Shown here piece after piece: positions 11,595 through 23,700 of a DNA stretch of 64,000 bases. The stretch spans positions 124,001 to 188,000 of the forward strand of contig JBLWGC010000109.1 in the NCBI GenBank assembly GCA_048772705.1, read 5' to 3'. Source of the DNA: Leidyana gryllorum EB-2025a (Eukaryota > Protista > Apicomplexa). A program made the position numbers and the translations under genes. The stretch's first letter is position 1; the number at the start of each line of letters is the position of its first letter. The notes under the pieces were generated by a model. It was given only the letters and a program-made list of their open reading frames with translations, was not told the DNA's origin and made no database searches.

Positions 11595-14500
11595 TCATTT
11601 GAACATAATGACAAGAAAGATGATTCCAGCAATCACGAGAATAAGTATTCCCATATAGAGATACCACTTTGTGGTACGGGCAATCGAGGAGCCCAGATCC
11701 TGCAGAGCGGCTCCCATACTGACCCAGTCCATGTATGTGCGATTCTCAGATACGGGTTCGAGATATGGATCTCGGTTAGGCTCCTCCCGTCCTTTCCCCA
11801 CAGGCATGGCCAGTGCATCTCGAGCTGCAATGATAGCCCCCTCCAACTCGATCTCCCCTCGAGACTTTCCAGGGGCGCTGGAATGTCGAAGAGTTACCCA
11901 TGTACGTTTGATGTGATGATACTCGCGCTGTCGTCTCCGACGCTTGGCCAACGCATACTCGGGCCCCATATCAATCTCGGTTTCCCCAATGACATCTCCA
12001 GTTCCAATGAGGGTATGGTGGTGGACGGTGATGTACACATTCGTGAACCGAGCTGGAATCAGTACATTCCACACCATTCGCCAGTTGAAGAGCCCACTTC
12101 CATCCTTTGAGTTGAAATGGGTATCGGTCCACTGTTTGTCGAGCGAGTCGTCTTCCTGTCGTAAAGCCCCAGCAACAAGTATGGACAACGTGGACACATC
12201 TCCCAGCGGCAGGTTTCTTACCCCCCAGATCACCAGCTGCGGCACATGGTGGGCAAAGCAGACAGCTGGCAGGGCTCACTCTCAACTGGAAAGGTTCGGG
12301 CTCAGCATTGGAAAGTACCGAGATTGGTACACTCTGAGCGGTGGCTTGAGTCATGAGTTCTACCCAAAGACGTAGCATTCCTCGCGCGATGACCTCGCCC
12401 TTGCGGAATAGTGGTCGCTGCTCGATCGGGACATTCCCTTCTCTGACGAGGAGCTGGTAGGACTGGTTCCACCATCGGTCCTCCAGATCGATGTGCTTGG
12501 AGAGAGATCGCAGAGTGAGTGGCGGCATCTTACCGTCTCTCCGACCAGCTCGTCTCTCAAGGCCCCGATCTGCCAAAGGGCGATGGTTAAGATCGCGTTG
12601 GCCGGCAAGCGCACTGCCAATTGATAGCATTTATTGTACACCGGAGCAGCTGTTTCTTTGGCATTGGGGCGGTCAGTGACATTATAATAAAGGCCGCCTG
12701 GCAGCGGTGTTGGATCCTCTCCGACCTTCAGTCTGCATTAGCAATGCATAAGTGTTGTTCAAGGCCATCTCCCCGACTCTCACGTCACGTAGAATGAGGA
12801 CGTTGCGGCTTGTTCAGCAACAATGCCCCGAACGGATAAGATGTAAACACGTGCGACCAGATCTTTTGCCGCTAGACGAGACGCGCGCTTTCGCATCTGT
12901 CCGAGGATTCTGTGCACTTTGTCTCCATCGTCTTCTTCCTCGTCGTTGTCATCCTCAGATCTCTCCTCATCCTGATCGAGCGCAAGAATATACTTGGCAA
13001 AGCCCGCTCTCTCTGGCACTGAGCCCTTGATGGGGCGGAGCAATGGAATTGTTTCATAGGGCAAATCTCCGCCTCTGAGTTCGTCTTCGAGTTTGCCAGG
13101 GATCACTTCCCGTCTCTCGTCTTCTGCCACATCGTCCAGCTCTTCTTCGGGAGGAGTGATCTCGAAAAACAGCTCGTCTAAATGGATGCCGCAGACTTTA
13201 GTCTTATCCTTCTCCACCTCCTCATCCATATAAAAGTCCAATAGCTCCCGCCGGCCCGGAGCGCGGACCTCCATTCTCTCTCCCATTTCCATTCGCATCA
13301 CACCGAAAGTGTCCATGACCAATGCTTTAGCTGCCCACGGATTGGTTTCTTTGCACAGCTCTCGTCTGAGGAAGTGTACGTTAGCACCTCAGTCTTCTTC
13401 CGCTCACTGACGATTCTCCTCGGTCACTTCGGGGTCCACCAATTCTATACGCGTCTGGCGGCGGTTGTGAAAGGGTGGCCATTCCGTACACTCTGTCAGC
13501 TCACTTGCTTTCCCTTGGGACCATCTGCCACTGCCTGGGCAAATGTGTCTTTGGCAAACTCGCGTTCCGGCTCGCTGACCCACGGCAGCAATACCGTCAA
13601 CGGGGTGTACCCAACCAGTACGGGCGCCCACGTCTCAGATCGCTCGTCGTAAACCTCCATCTATGTGTCAGAAGACATAAAACCATCGGACGGATGATGA
13701 CGACCCCACCTCCAGATAGGCGTTGTGGATGTACCGTTTAGGGAGCTCCAGGGACACCGTGAAGGGAGAGAAGAAGTCCAGTCCCATGCGATCTGCTCTC
13801 GTTGGCGGTCCCGTGATAGCCGACCACACTGGTGCTCGGGTGTCTCGGACCTCGCGACCGTAACTCAGCTGTCCTCACGCCGTCCAATCGATATCACATG
13901 TCACAATGACTCACCCTCACTCGCGCTTTGGCAATCGGCTCAAATACCCGAATACCCATAAACAACATTGTGACCGTCGCAGGAAGTGTGGTAGGCCGGA
14001 TGTCGTCGAAGAACGGAAAATCTGCCAAAGCATTCTCCTCCAATGAGATCAACTCGAATGAGCAAAGGATTTTGGCCTGAACCCGCCGGTCAAAGTTGTC
14101 AACTGACTCACGTCTCACACCATCGAGAGTGCCTCCTCCATTGCACAGAGGAAGCCAGACAGGATATGTCTGCCACTGTTTCGGTGTGTCTTCCAGCAGA
14201 TATGTCGCATGCCCCAACTACATTAATTCTCAAAGAGTAACGCCACTGTGCGCCTCTTACCACTTCAGCTGTCGCATCCTGCCCATGAATCACCTCAACC
14301 TGCCTCCAAGAGTGGGTCAAAATGAACGACCACCCACCGTAATCTCTGGCGCCCTACTCAAATCAGAGGGAAGCATCACCTGTCCCTCAAAGGCTTCGTA
14401 ATACTCCGGATGAAAACACGCAGGTATGCTCAAGGTCTTGAAGGTCAAGCCTGCCAGATCTACACGGGCACAGGTGTTCGGCAACTCCACCACCTGTGCT

Positions 14501-17500
14501 GGGCACGGTAGGTTCACAGCTTCGAATATGGAAGCTCGAAATACAAACCTAAGTCACGAATGCAGAATCTGGGAACAAATCCAAGCTTGTGGCAATCAAT
14601 CCCCTCCTCAAAATATGTCGGCACTACATCATCCAGCATCTGAATAATCAGCGCATGACACTCAATTGGCAGTCCTTCCCCCTCCCCAAGTGCATTTGGC
14701 TTGGCGCACTTCGGACGATGCGGTAGTGTGCAACGGTAATTTGCACAAAACACCGAACGATCGTATGCAGATAGTTGCGTGTGGCAATCACTGGTTCCTC
14801 GAGCACAAAGCAAAGTGCTTCGGAGCTTGGTGAGCAATCGTCTTCGATCATGTTGCATACTGCTCATGGCGGGCCATGCACTGTGCACAGTCCTCCGAAG
14901 CAAGTGCTGCGTTGCATCTCGTTCACCTGAGAGTGACATGACTCTGCACAGTCGTGATGTGCGCCATTCTCTTGCACGATATGTTTATCATTGAGCACAC
15001 TGCATCGTGCGGCGGACAGTTTGATCAATCCTCATGCACCTCGAGCGGATGCACAATGTAAGTCGCGCGAAAGCTTAAGCGCCCATTTTATTGTAGTCAG
15101 GACGAAACAGAGCTCATAGGCTAAACTTCGTGTTGATCCTCAGGAGCCTAGCGCAATACCTTGTCTTGCCCTTTACATCGGGCAATATGCGAAATGCAAG
15201 ACGCGCAGTGCAAGTGCGCGACAGGGAGTAACACCCTGTCCAAGTCACTTTGACGCCACTGATCGTGGACGGAGGCTCGTTATGAGTTGTGTCTCACGCA
15301 CAGGATGTATGCAATGGAAGCATGAACGAATTCTGCATAGAGCGCCCAACGCAAAGGACTTGCACTGTGCATGAGGGTCTTTGACTGCAATCTCGCGATG
15401 CAACTCTCGAATTGCATCTTGCGATCGCCGAAGGTTGACCGCAATGCTCATGATCCTCCGCTTCGGCTTTCATCCTTTACATGGCGTAATGATTTTGGGC
15501 GTTACATACCCGCCATCTCTCTGGATCCACAGGGCACCAGAATGGCTCAATTAATTGCCGATGCACGATTACGCTGTCAGCCTCATTCTTCCACCAAGTA
15601 CTCCTGGGCATTGCACCGTCGCGTTGTGCATTGCAGATCTTCTGAGTTGCTCATCGAAATCTTGGTGGAGTGTGGCATGATCAGTCTAACGTTTTGCCTC
15701 TTTCCTGAGGATCTTTTGAGCGACATTGAGGTCAGTCCGTCAGCATTAAATGAGTGTGAGTCATCTTCTGCTCATGCCGAGTGGAAACACAATTGCTGTG
15801 TTGTGTGTTGTGTTGCTCGTCGCACACTTTCCGTCAGCGCTGAAGCCCTCGCAAACCGCAACAACAGGTCGCATGTACGACCTGCACAATGACATCGCAC
15901 AATGCGTAAACCAGCAATTCCAATGTGCAATTAGCTAGGTTGCATATCATCCATCCATACAAGTATCCTTGACTTCAACCTGTCCACTGATCCTCATGTT
16001 TCGTAATATTCGCTCCCCTTATGTCACGCGCGTAACGATCGACATCACCTCATCTTCATCCCGAGTACCCAATAATTGGGCTGCAGATTAGCCAACAGTT
16101 ACACCAAAAGTGTGTATTTCGGCTCGCCTACACAGCTCGAGTTCCTCGGACGCACAAAGTCTTGTCTGAGAGATGAATCCAGTCATGCGAGGGTTGCGTC
16201 GTGCGATTGAGGTACATGTTTCTTCTCAACTTCCAAAGGTGCTTCCCACATCGACCTGAAACTGCCTCGTGCAGCTTGCTTCACGGCCCACAGTGCACAT
16301 TCCCTTTGCAAAGGGACGTATCATTACAGTGCTCGACCTCAAATTGCATCGAAGGAAGTGTGGGGTGCAGCTGGAGAGTGTATTGCAATGCAAGTGCACA
16401 GGGCACGGATTGATCACGCAAAATTGTCAGGATTTGAGAATGCACAGACAAACGATTGTGCGTGCGTGATCTGCGGTTTACACTTTCCCTCCCACACATA
16501 GCGCAATCAACGAGCAACGGATGTGGAAGGTGTGCGAGATCCAACTTAGGCCTGCCCAGGCCCCTGTTGAAGCTTGAATCGAATGATATGTGCACGCTTT
16601 TGCTGGGAATTGCACGCCAGACGCACATCTGCTGCTCTCGATGGCAATTGGGTTATTGCCATTTGCAATCCTTTGTAATGCACTTTGCATTCATGCGCAA
16701 AACCGTGCATACGCAGTCGCTAACATAGTGCACATCGTGCACTGCCGAGCACAATCCTCGTACTCATGGCAGTCCGACAGCGTTCATTGGTGGCTTCTGA
16801 TCCATCAAGACGGTTACAACACCGATCGTACGTTCATTAAGACTTTCAGTGCAACCGGTCAGATAGTCCAGACTGTAGTTTGCTCGCCACACTGCCATTG
16901 CGCAATGTGCAGCACTGTCCCATCACACAGAAATGCGGTGTACGTTCCGTGAGAGCTTCTCAGTCCGCATGGCGAATGCTTGACTAGCTGGCACGCACAC
17001 GTCGGTCGCCAAAGACAGTTTCATCAGGATGATAGGATTTGCAAGCGCATTGAGCACAGTTGGATTTTCGTGAACAAGTCCGCAACGTCTTTCTTGCGCA
17101 CAGTGCATCGCCGAGAGCCGGAACGTAAAGTGGATTGGCCAGATGCGCGATCGTAATGAGCATATTCACCCAGTGCGCTGCGTTCACTTTGCAGGAGCCA
17201 TGAGCACATTCGGTAGCGAATAGCTTCCCACGCATCGTGCACCGCTAAGAAGTGAAGTGCAACGTGGTTGGCCAAGTGCCCGATCATAGTGAGCATTTTC
17301 ACCCAGTGGACCGCATCCACTTTGCAGGAGCCATGAGCACATTTGACAGCAGGTAGTTTCTCGCGCACCGCGCAAACAGGTGAAGTGCAACGTGGATTGG
17401 CCTGATGCGCGATTGTAATGAGCATTTTCACCCAGTGCACTGCGTTCACTTTGCAGTCAGCCGTGAGCACATTCGACAGCAAGTAGTTTCTCGAGCACCG

Positions 17501-19773
17501 TGCACCGCTAAGAGGTGAAGTGCAACGTGGATTGGCCTGATGCGCGATCGTAATGAGCATTTTCACCCAGTGCACTGCGTTCACTTTGCAGTCAGCCGTA
17601 GCGAGCACATTCTACAGCAGGTAGTTTCTCGCGCACCGTGCAAACGCAAAGTAAGTGCAACGCGGAGTGCCCAAATGCGCGATGGTAATGAGCATTTTCA
17701 CACAGTGCACTGCATCCACTTTGCAGGATGCCATGAGCACATTCGACAGCAGGTAGTGTCTCGCGCACTGTGCACCGCTGAGAGGTGACGTGCAACGTGG
17801 ATTGGCCAAATGCGCCATCGTAGTGAGCATTTTCACCCAGTGCACTCCATTCATTTTCCAGGCAGCCGTGAGCACATTGAGCTTCCATTGCGCGATCATA
17901 CCAGATCCGGGAGATTGATTGCCACTACGAACACTCACCGAGCTATATTGAAGTCCGGGGCTATCCTCCGGGGTGCTCTTCCCCCTTCATACAAGACCAG
18001 TCGAAAGCACAGACATGCTTGAAAAGCTTTCTCGCCTGCATCAATGGTGTACAATGTTGGCCACAAAGGCTGCCCATTGGACTGCCAGATTTCGGTCATG
18101 GTGATCCGCGTAAAGGCAGTTCTGGTGAATGCTGCTGCTGACGAGAAGGGAAAGTTGGATGAGGATGTAGAATGTACGTATATAAATCCATCGTACGACT
18201 GCCATTTGTCGTCGAGAATATGAATTTTGAGATCTTTGAGGGCAGATTGATTCTCTTCGGTACATTCATATATGTCGCCGTGGGAGTAGAGTCCATCCGA
18301 CTGAACGGAGTAGGGTCCTATTTTGACCTCCACCTGAAGTTTGCCCAGTGCAATATTGAGAAGCACCGTGTATGTGCATGAGCGCATACCTTGATGGGTC
18401 CTACATTCCCTCGCAACGATCTAACATTGAGTACGTCCACCCAGACAGCGTATTGCTGCGACGGAGGTTGCGCCAAAGCGGCAGCATGGCTCCAGTGAGG
18501 CGGTTGAAGGGTTTGACATTTCTGTACAATGGCGCCAATTAAGATTCTGCCGGCGTATTCCGTGGGATCAGAGATCTCATGGGGTGTGTCGTCCCAGGGT
18601 AGGCAGCTGGAAGAGACGGTTCCCGTGAGAGGAGTGAGGTATTTCTGTGTGAGGTTGGCGACTCCCTGCCACTCCGACAAGAGTTCTGCAGATGGAATCG
18701 ATCAATTGGTCAGAGCTTCTCAGCACCGTGTGATACCATTAGAGGGCGGTCTCCTGTAGAAATTGATCCATTGATAGGTTCCTCCCACCTCCTTCATCAT
18801 TTCCTCTATGTTAAGCAGCCCGTAATTGTACAACACGGGGCCCTCCACTGATCGACGATGAGGTCAGAAAGGCTTGAGGCCCTCGCCGCCTCACCTCCGT
18901 TCCACAAAAGGATACGGACATATTTGTCCAATTCCACCATGGTGGTAGGAATGTGGAGCTGCATATGCCACTCCGGATTGCGTGTGCTGCGTGCGACAGT
19001 GGTCTTTTGTGCCACGACGCCGTGACGAATTTCAACACACGGGTCGGTGACCATATTGCCCAACATTCTGGAGCTCTCAATGTCTTCTCCACGATGTACA
19101 CTGAGGAGTATCTCATAGTTCTGCAGCAGTACCGATTCGGCCCCCTTTGTAGTCCCTCCACCGACAGCTTGTGTCAGACTCTCTGAGGGTCGGTCACCGT
19201 CTAAGCCCCGATCATGTGGGCCCAGAACGATGACACTGAAGCATATGCGTCCCTAACGTGTTCAAGATTGATTGTGTGAGGGGAGGGTACACAGAGTTGG
19301 TCGTCGTACCATAGATTCATTTGGGGCAGATTCGTTGAACAAAGGGTGCCAATGGTTTGGCAAATGATGATGGGGCAATGCATAGATAGTCCCCGGGGAG
19401 AAGGCTACTTTGCCAATCAACGCTGATTCCAGCAGACCCTTGTGATTAACCGATATCTCCAAAATATGGGCGTTCAGATCCTGGCGGGTGGCTTGTAAAA
19501 CGAAGCGGAAGCTCGATTTGTACGCAGCAGACGGGGCCTGAAGTCGGGCAGCGACGTGTCACGGGGTGTGCGGATCGACGGTTGCAAGGTGTGTGCGGGG
19601 AGGTGTGAATATTGTGTGTGTGCGTGAGTGTTCACATTCTCGCGTATAGGTGTGTGATGAGTTTGTGTGCCCAACTTGAGGGTCACGAACTGTGAGGGCG
19701 GTGTGTCCCTGTCTAGAAGTCGGCACTGATTGGTCTGCTCAATTTGTACACGAACATCATACTTGAGGTTCAT
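11595..19773 (-). CDS. Ferlin-family multi-C2-domain protein with C-terminal TM anchor (multi-exon, one 3.39-kb intron)
   Basis: C2-like exons throughout (KYDVRVQIEQ, DPCVEIRHG..NPEW, FVFRASIFEAVNLP, ARVYILSVRG). Ferlin C-terminal signatures TDTHFNSKDGSGLFNWR and GKGREEPN, followed by TM YLYMGILILVIAGIIFLVIMFK. Confidence 0.9.
14589..17925. mobile_element. 3.34-kb degenerate insertion with 13-bp terminal inverted repeats inside a ferlin intron (non-autonomous or relic DNA element)
   Basis: GTGGCAATCAATC at 14589-14601 and its reverse complement GATTGATTGCCAC at 17913-17925. Removing the span leaves a 53-bp intron typical of this window. TGCA-rich composition, no long ORF, no transposase recognised. 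Confidence 0.7.
17130..17880. repeat. Tandem array of about 6 diverged 129-135-bp units
   Basis: Core GAGCATTTTCACCCAGTG or a close variant at 17158, 17291, 17420, 17555, 17690 and 17825. Confidence 0.92.
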
Positions 19774-19813
19774 AGGCCTTTTTTTGAGGTTGCGATCAAG
19801 AGGGAGGAGGGAG

Positions 19814-20029
19814 ATGACGGCGTTGTTCAATCTACAGAGTTTGATAATCGTCGTCCTGCTGACGATTTGCACATGCGCATATCTCAAGACGAGTTTCCCG
19901 CAGTTGATTGACCATCGGAGACCAGGTTTTCAAGGGATACTGGGCAAGTTTGCGTTGATTGGCAACCGACTGAGCATCTGGGTGTCGTTGGGATGCTTGG
20001 TAGGAGCAGGAATGGTCGTTTTCAGATGA
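19814..20029 (+). CDS. TMEM167: Protein kish (TMEM167/Ksh1), 71 aa
   Basis: MTALFNLQSLIIVVLLTICTCAY...GFQGILGKFALIGNRLS matches the kish consensus. Confidence 0.92.
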   Translation: MTALFNLQSLIIVVLLTICTCAYLKTSFPQLIDHRRPGFQGILGKFALIGNRLSIWVSLGCLVGAGMVVFR

Positions 20030-20267
20030 GAGTGTGCAGCTTCTTTGTATGCTGTTGTGCTGACTGAGACATATATGGGGCGGGTTGAGCGCCTCGGTTG
20101 CCAGGGCTGCAGAAATGAGATGTGTGTGCGGGGGTAGCAGTCCCATTGCGTCTAGTGGGCGTGAATCAAATTGAATAAGAAGGAATCCTGTTGGTTTCAT
20201 TCTCACACTTCAGATCTCCTTTTCGGCCTTTTCTTCTGATCCTTTGAACTACCAACTGCATTTGAAG

Positions 20268-20549
20268 ATGAAGTTCACTCAATTCCTGACTACTCTTGTT
20301 GTCGTTGCCACCGTCGCCAGCGCATCCAATCTCCAGGCGGTGGACGCTGATGTTGTTAGAGAGCGTTCCGTGACCGGTTGCCAGAGCTACGTGTCCTCCA
20401 CGGTGAACTCTGAGAAGGCTTGGTGCAAGAGTCTCTGTTCCGACTACTACCAGAGCAAGCACTGCCCGACGCAACAGACTGCCCTGTCGCTGGCACAGTG
20501 TGTCTCTAACAATCAGAAGCTGTGCACTATTGACTACGGTTTTTACTAG
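20268..20549 (+). CDS. Small secreted Cys-rich protein (93 aa, 6 Cys)
   Basis: Signal peptide MKFTQFLTTLVVVATVASA, short pro-segment ending RER, mature part with six Cys; intronless. Confidence 0.75.
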   Translation: MKFTQFLTTLVVVATVASASNLQAVDADVVRERSVTGCQSYVSSTVNSEKAWCKSLCSDYYQSKHCPTQQTALSLAQCVSNNQKLCTIDYGFY

Positions 20550-20703
20550 ACGCGTAACGAATGGTGTTTTTTGATTGGCACCTGGAGGTGTCTTGAAGAA
20601 TATTATTATTGTTATTATTCTGGCTATCGATCAGCCAAGTAGACAGGCCACGCATTATAGACTGTAACTAATACATACGAACCGATATTTTACTACCACC
20701 ATA

Positions 20704-23700
20704 CTAAACCGACATAACTAACGATGGTTGGGACAACCTGCGTTTCTTAGCCGGGGGGGGTTCTACTTCTTCCCATAACACTCCCCATCCTGCCCAACAT
20801 TCCTCCACACCACCCCCTGTCTCCTCGTTCTCTTCCCCCCCCGACACTTCACACTCATTCTCACCTTGCTGCAGCAGGATAGTCCCATCCTCGCTCTCTG
20901 CTTCTTCGCCGCTACTGACCAACTCGTCCGCCATTTGTGCCAATTCTGCCCGCCGGGCGAACATTGTGGACAGTGACGTAGCCGTTAGCGAAGAAGGACT
21001 CGCGTACTCGTCCTCCTCTGCGCTGTGCTCACTCCCGCAGTCCTCACGCTGCTCCGCCTCAAAGTAAAACGACTCCATGAACACACGCCCAACACCCGGT
21101 GAGGAATCCGGCGGGTCTTCAAGGTCGGCAGCTTCCGGCCAGAGACTCAATATCGTGGCGGCTTGGTGCGCCAAAAGCTCATCCAATTCAGGCTGACTCG
21201 CCGCTGGTACTACTGCCGCGTTCGCCATCGCCTGCCCCTCGCACACACCCTCTAAAGCCCCGCCTGGTGGACCACTTGGTGTTGTGGAGTACTCAAAGGC
21301 TGGCCAATCCCGATCCAAGGCCGATGCTGCGAACGAAAACGGCAGGTTGCTCACCCGCTGCTATCAAGTAAGCCGGAAGTGCCAAAAAGCTTACTTACCA
21401 CATTTGAAATCCTTGGTGATATTATGCACTTCACAGCACTTCTCCAACACAGTACCAACGGAAACTCGTAATCCCACCGGTTAATCACTCCATTGTTCCG
21501 CCGCTTCGCAGGTGGCGTGCTTCCGCTCGTTGGAACCGTTAGTGTCCCATGCCACTTCTCCCGATGGTGGTGTTGTGAATGCGAATGCGAATGACGAGGC
21601 GGCTCCGCTGAGGCCGCCGAAAGTGCATTCCCAACCGGCCCAGGGACCCCGAGCAACAAGCGAGGTGGCACGGGTGTATTATCAGTTGTACTGGAATGTT
21701 TCCGTGTGTCCACTACGGGGTGTGCTGTTGCGACCACGTCCCCTCCGAACGTGTGTGCTGCTGGCTTGACGACAGGCGGCTCTGTTAACTCCACCTTGAG
21801 CGTTTCGATGGCGGGTACAATGAGTTTCGGCGGCCGCCGAGATCGTGGCCGCAGGACCATAGCAGGGGTGGCCGCGGTTGACGGCTCAGACTCGGGCACT
21901 TTGGGTGTTGCTGGGCGTGAAGACGGGGGTGTGATAGGAGTGCCGCCACTGGGAGCGGGAGGCTGTGCATTTGCAGCCGGAGGGGGTTTGCCGAGGACGA
22001 TACGGTCACCGGTGGCGGCGAGCGGCGGAGGAATCGATAGATTCAAACTCAATTTAGGGGTTGCCTTCCGTCGTTTGACCCTTTCGCCGCCGGCTGCTTG
22101 TTTCGCAGGACGTTTTCGCTGTCGTGTAGCTCCGAGTCCGCTGACGACCGAACTCTCTCGAGAGGGAGCGTTGCCCGGCTCAATATGGGGGACTTGATCT
22201 GGTATCAACAGAGATACTGTGGGGGCGGTTTCGCTGGTAGCCGGTGGGGCAGAAGTTGCCGCCGTCTGAGCAGGGTGACTAGGCTCTTTAAGCTTCACGA
22301 TCAGCTCCTTGGGTACCTCCTTTGAGTGAGGCTCTTTATATGTGGCGGTGGCCTCCGGAAGGAGGTTGGCGGACGTAGGGCCTGTCGCCTCGTTGCTGGG
22401 GAGGGCATCGCTTGAGGCTTTGTGGGGGGCCCCAGCCGCCGTTTTGAGTGGTCGCGGATCATCGAGCCACGCGGGAGTCTCGCCCGGTACAGGAATAGCT
22501 AATAAAGGCGGGGCTGTTCGCACCTCGAGCATAGGCAGCGGTGGATCGATGGCCAGGATACTCAGACGGAAAGCTATGTCGTTGGCTGGTAGGGCATCAT
22601 CGTCTGTGGCCTGCAGTAAGTCTGCCAGTTGGACCTTAGGAGGGGCTGCTTTGGGAGCGGGTGACTTGACGACGGCAGCTTCGGTTTCTGCTTCTCCGTC
22701 CTCCAATTCTTCCCCCTCCTCTTTGAGGTTGGAGGGGGTTGCCGGCGGAGTATCGGCGACGGTTGTATCGAACAACAGTGTTTCTAATTTGATCCGACGA
22801 TTGGAGGGCCGATTGGTTGCAGCTGTTGCTCGGTGGACCACGACTGGGGCTTGCGATGGTATTTGTGCCGAAGCGGAGGACTCTGGCTCAGAATTGGGCT
22901 CAGACAAGGGCCGCGTTTGTTGAGGCGGTTTGCGTGGAATGGGTGGTGAAGGCTCTGACACGATTTTTATTCGTACTGTTGGGGTTGGTTGTCGGGGGGG
23001 ACGGGCGGCGGGGACAGTGATTTCCGCAACGGCAGCACTTCCTGACGTTTGTGTGCCGTGTCCACCTCCGCGTCCTCCATGATGGTGGTGATGTCGCGTG
23101 TTAGATGCGTTACTGGTGGTGGTGCTTGTTGTCGGCTCCGTCTGAGCGGGCTGCGTGGGGGGTGGGAGCAACTGTGGTGGGGGTTGGGGTTGCGGCGGAG
23201 GTTGCGATACCACAACGATAGCCGTAGGCGGCTCTTTGATCGGAATCTCTTTGACCTTAACTGGAATGGGAATTGGGGTCTCTTTTATAGCCGGCGGGGT
23301 AGGAGCTTCTGCAACGGGCGCAGAGGCCTCCTTGTGTACCTCTTTGATAACAGGTGGCTCCTTGATGGGCAGTGGAGCCTCTTTGATCGCCATAGGAGGC
23401 TCGCGTTCCTTTTCAATCCGTCGACGCTTTGGTGGAGGTGGGGCAGCACACTCGGAAGGGGTGGGCGGCGGCGGCGGCGACGGTAGAGGCGGGGAACTGG
23501 TCTCATCATCCACAGATTTAGAGTTGGCGCCCCCGGAGGAGCCTCCCTGATTGCCAGAAGCGCCAGTCGCATCGCTCTTTGTATTCGTAGCCGAAGAACT
23601 TGTGGTCCCGGCGCCGGCAGTGGTACTCGTTGACGTCGTGGTGGTACTTGTAGTCGTACTCGAGCTCGTTGTGATCGCGTTCGCAAGCGCACTTCCACTC

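Noticed and set aside
17130-17880. Repeat array as a CRISPR locus
   Set aside because: The whole unit repeats, there are no unique spacers or cas genes, and the context is eukaryotic.
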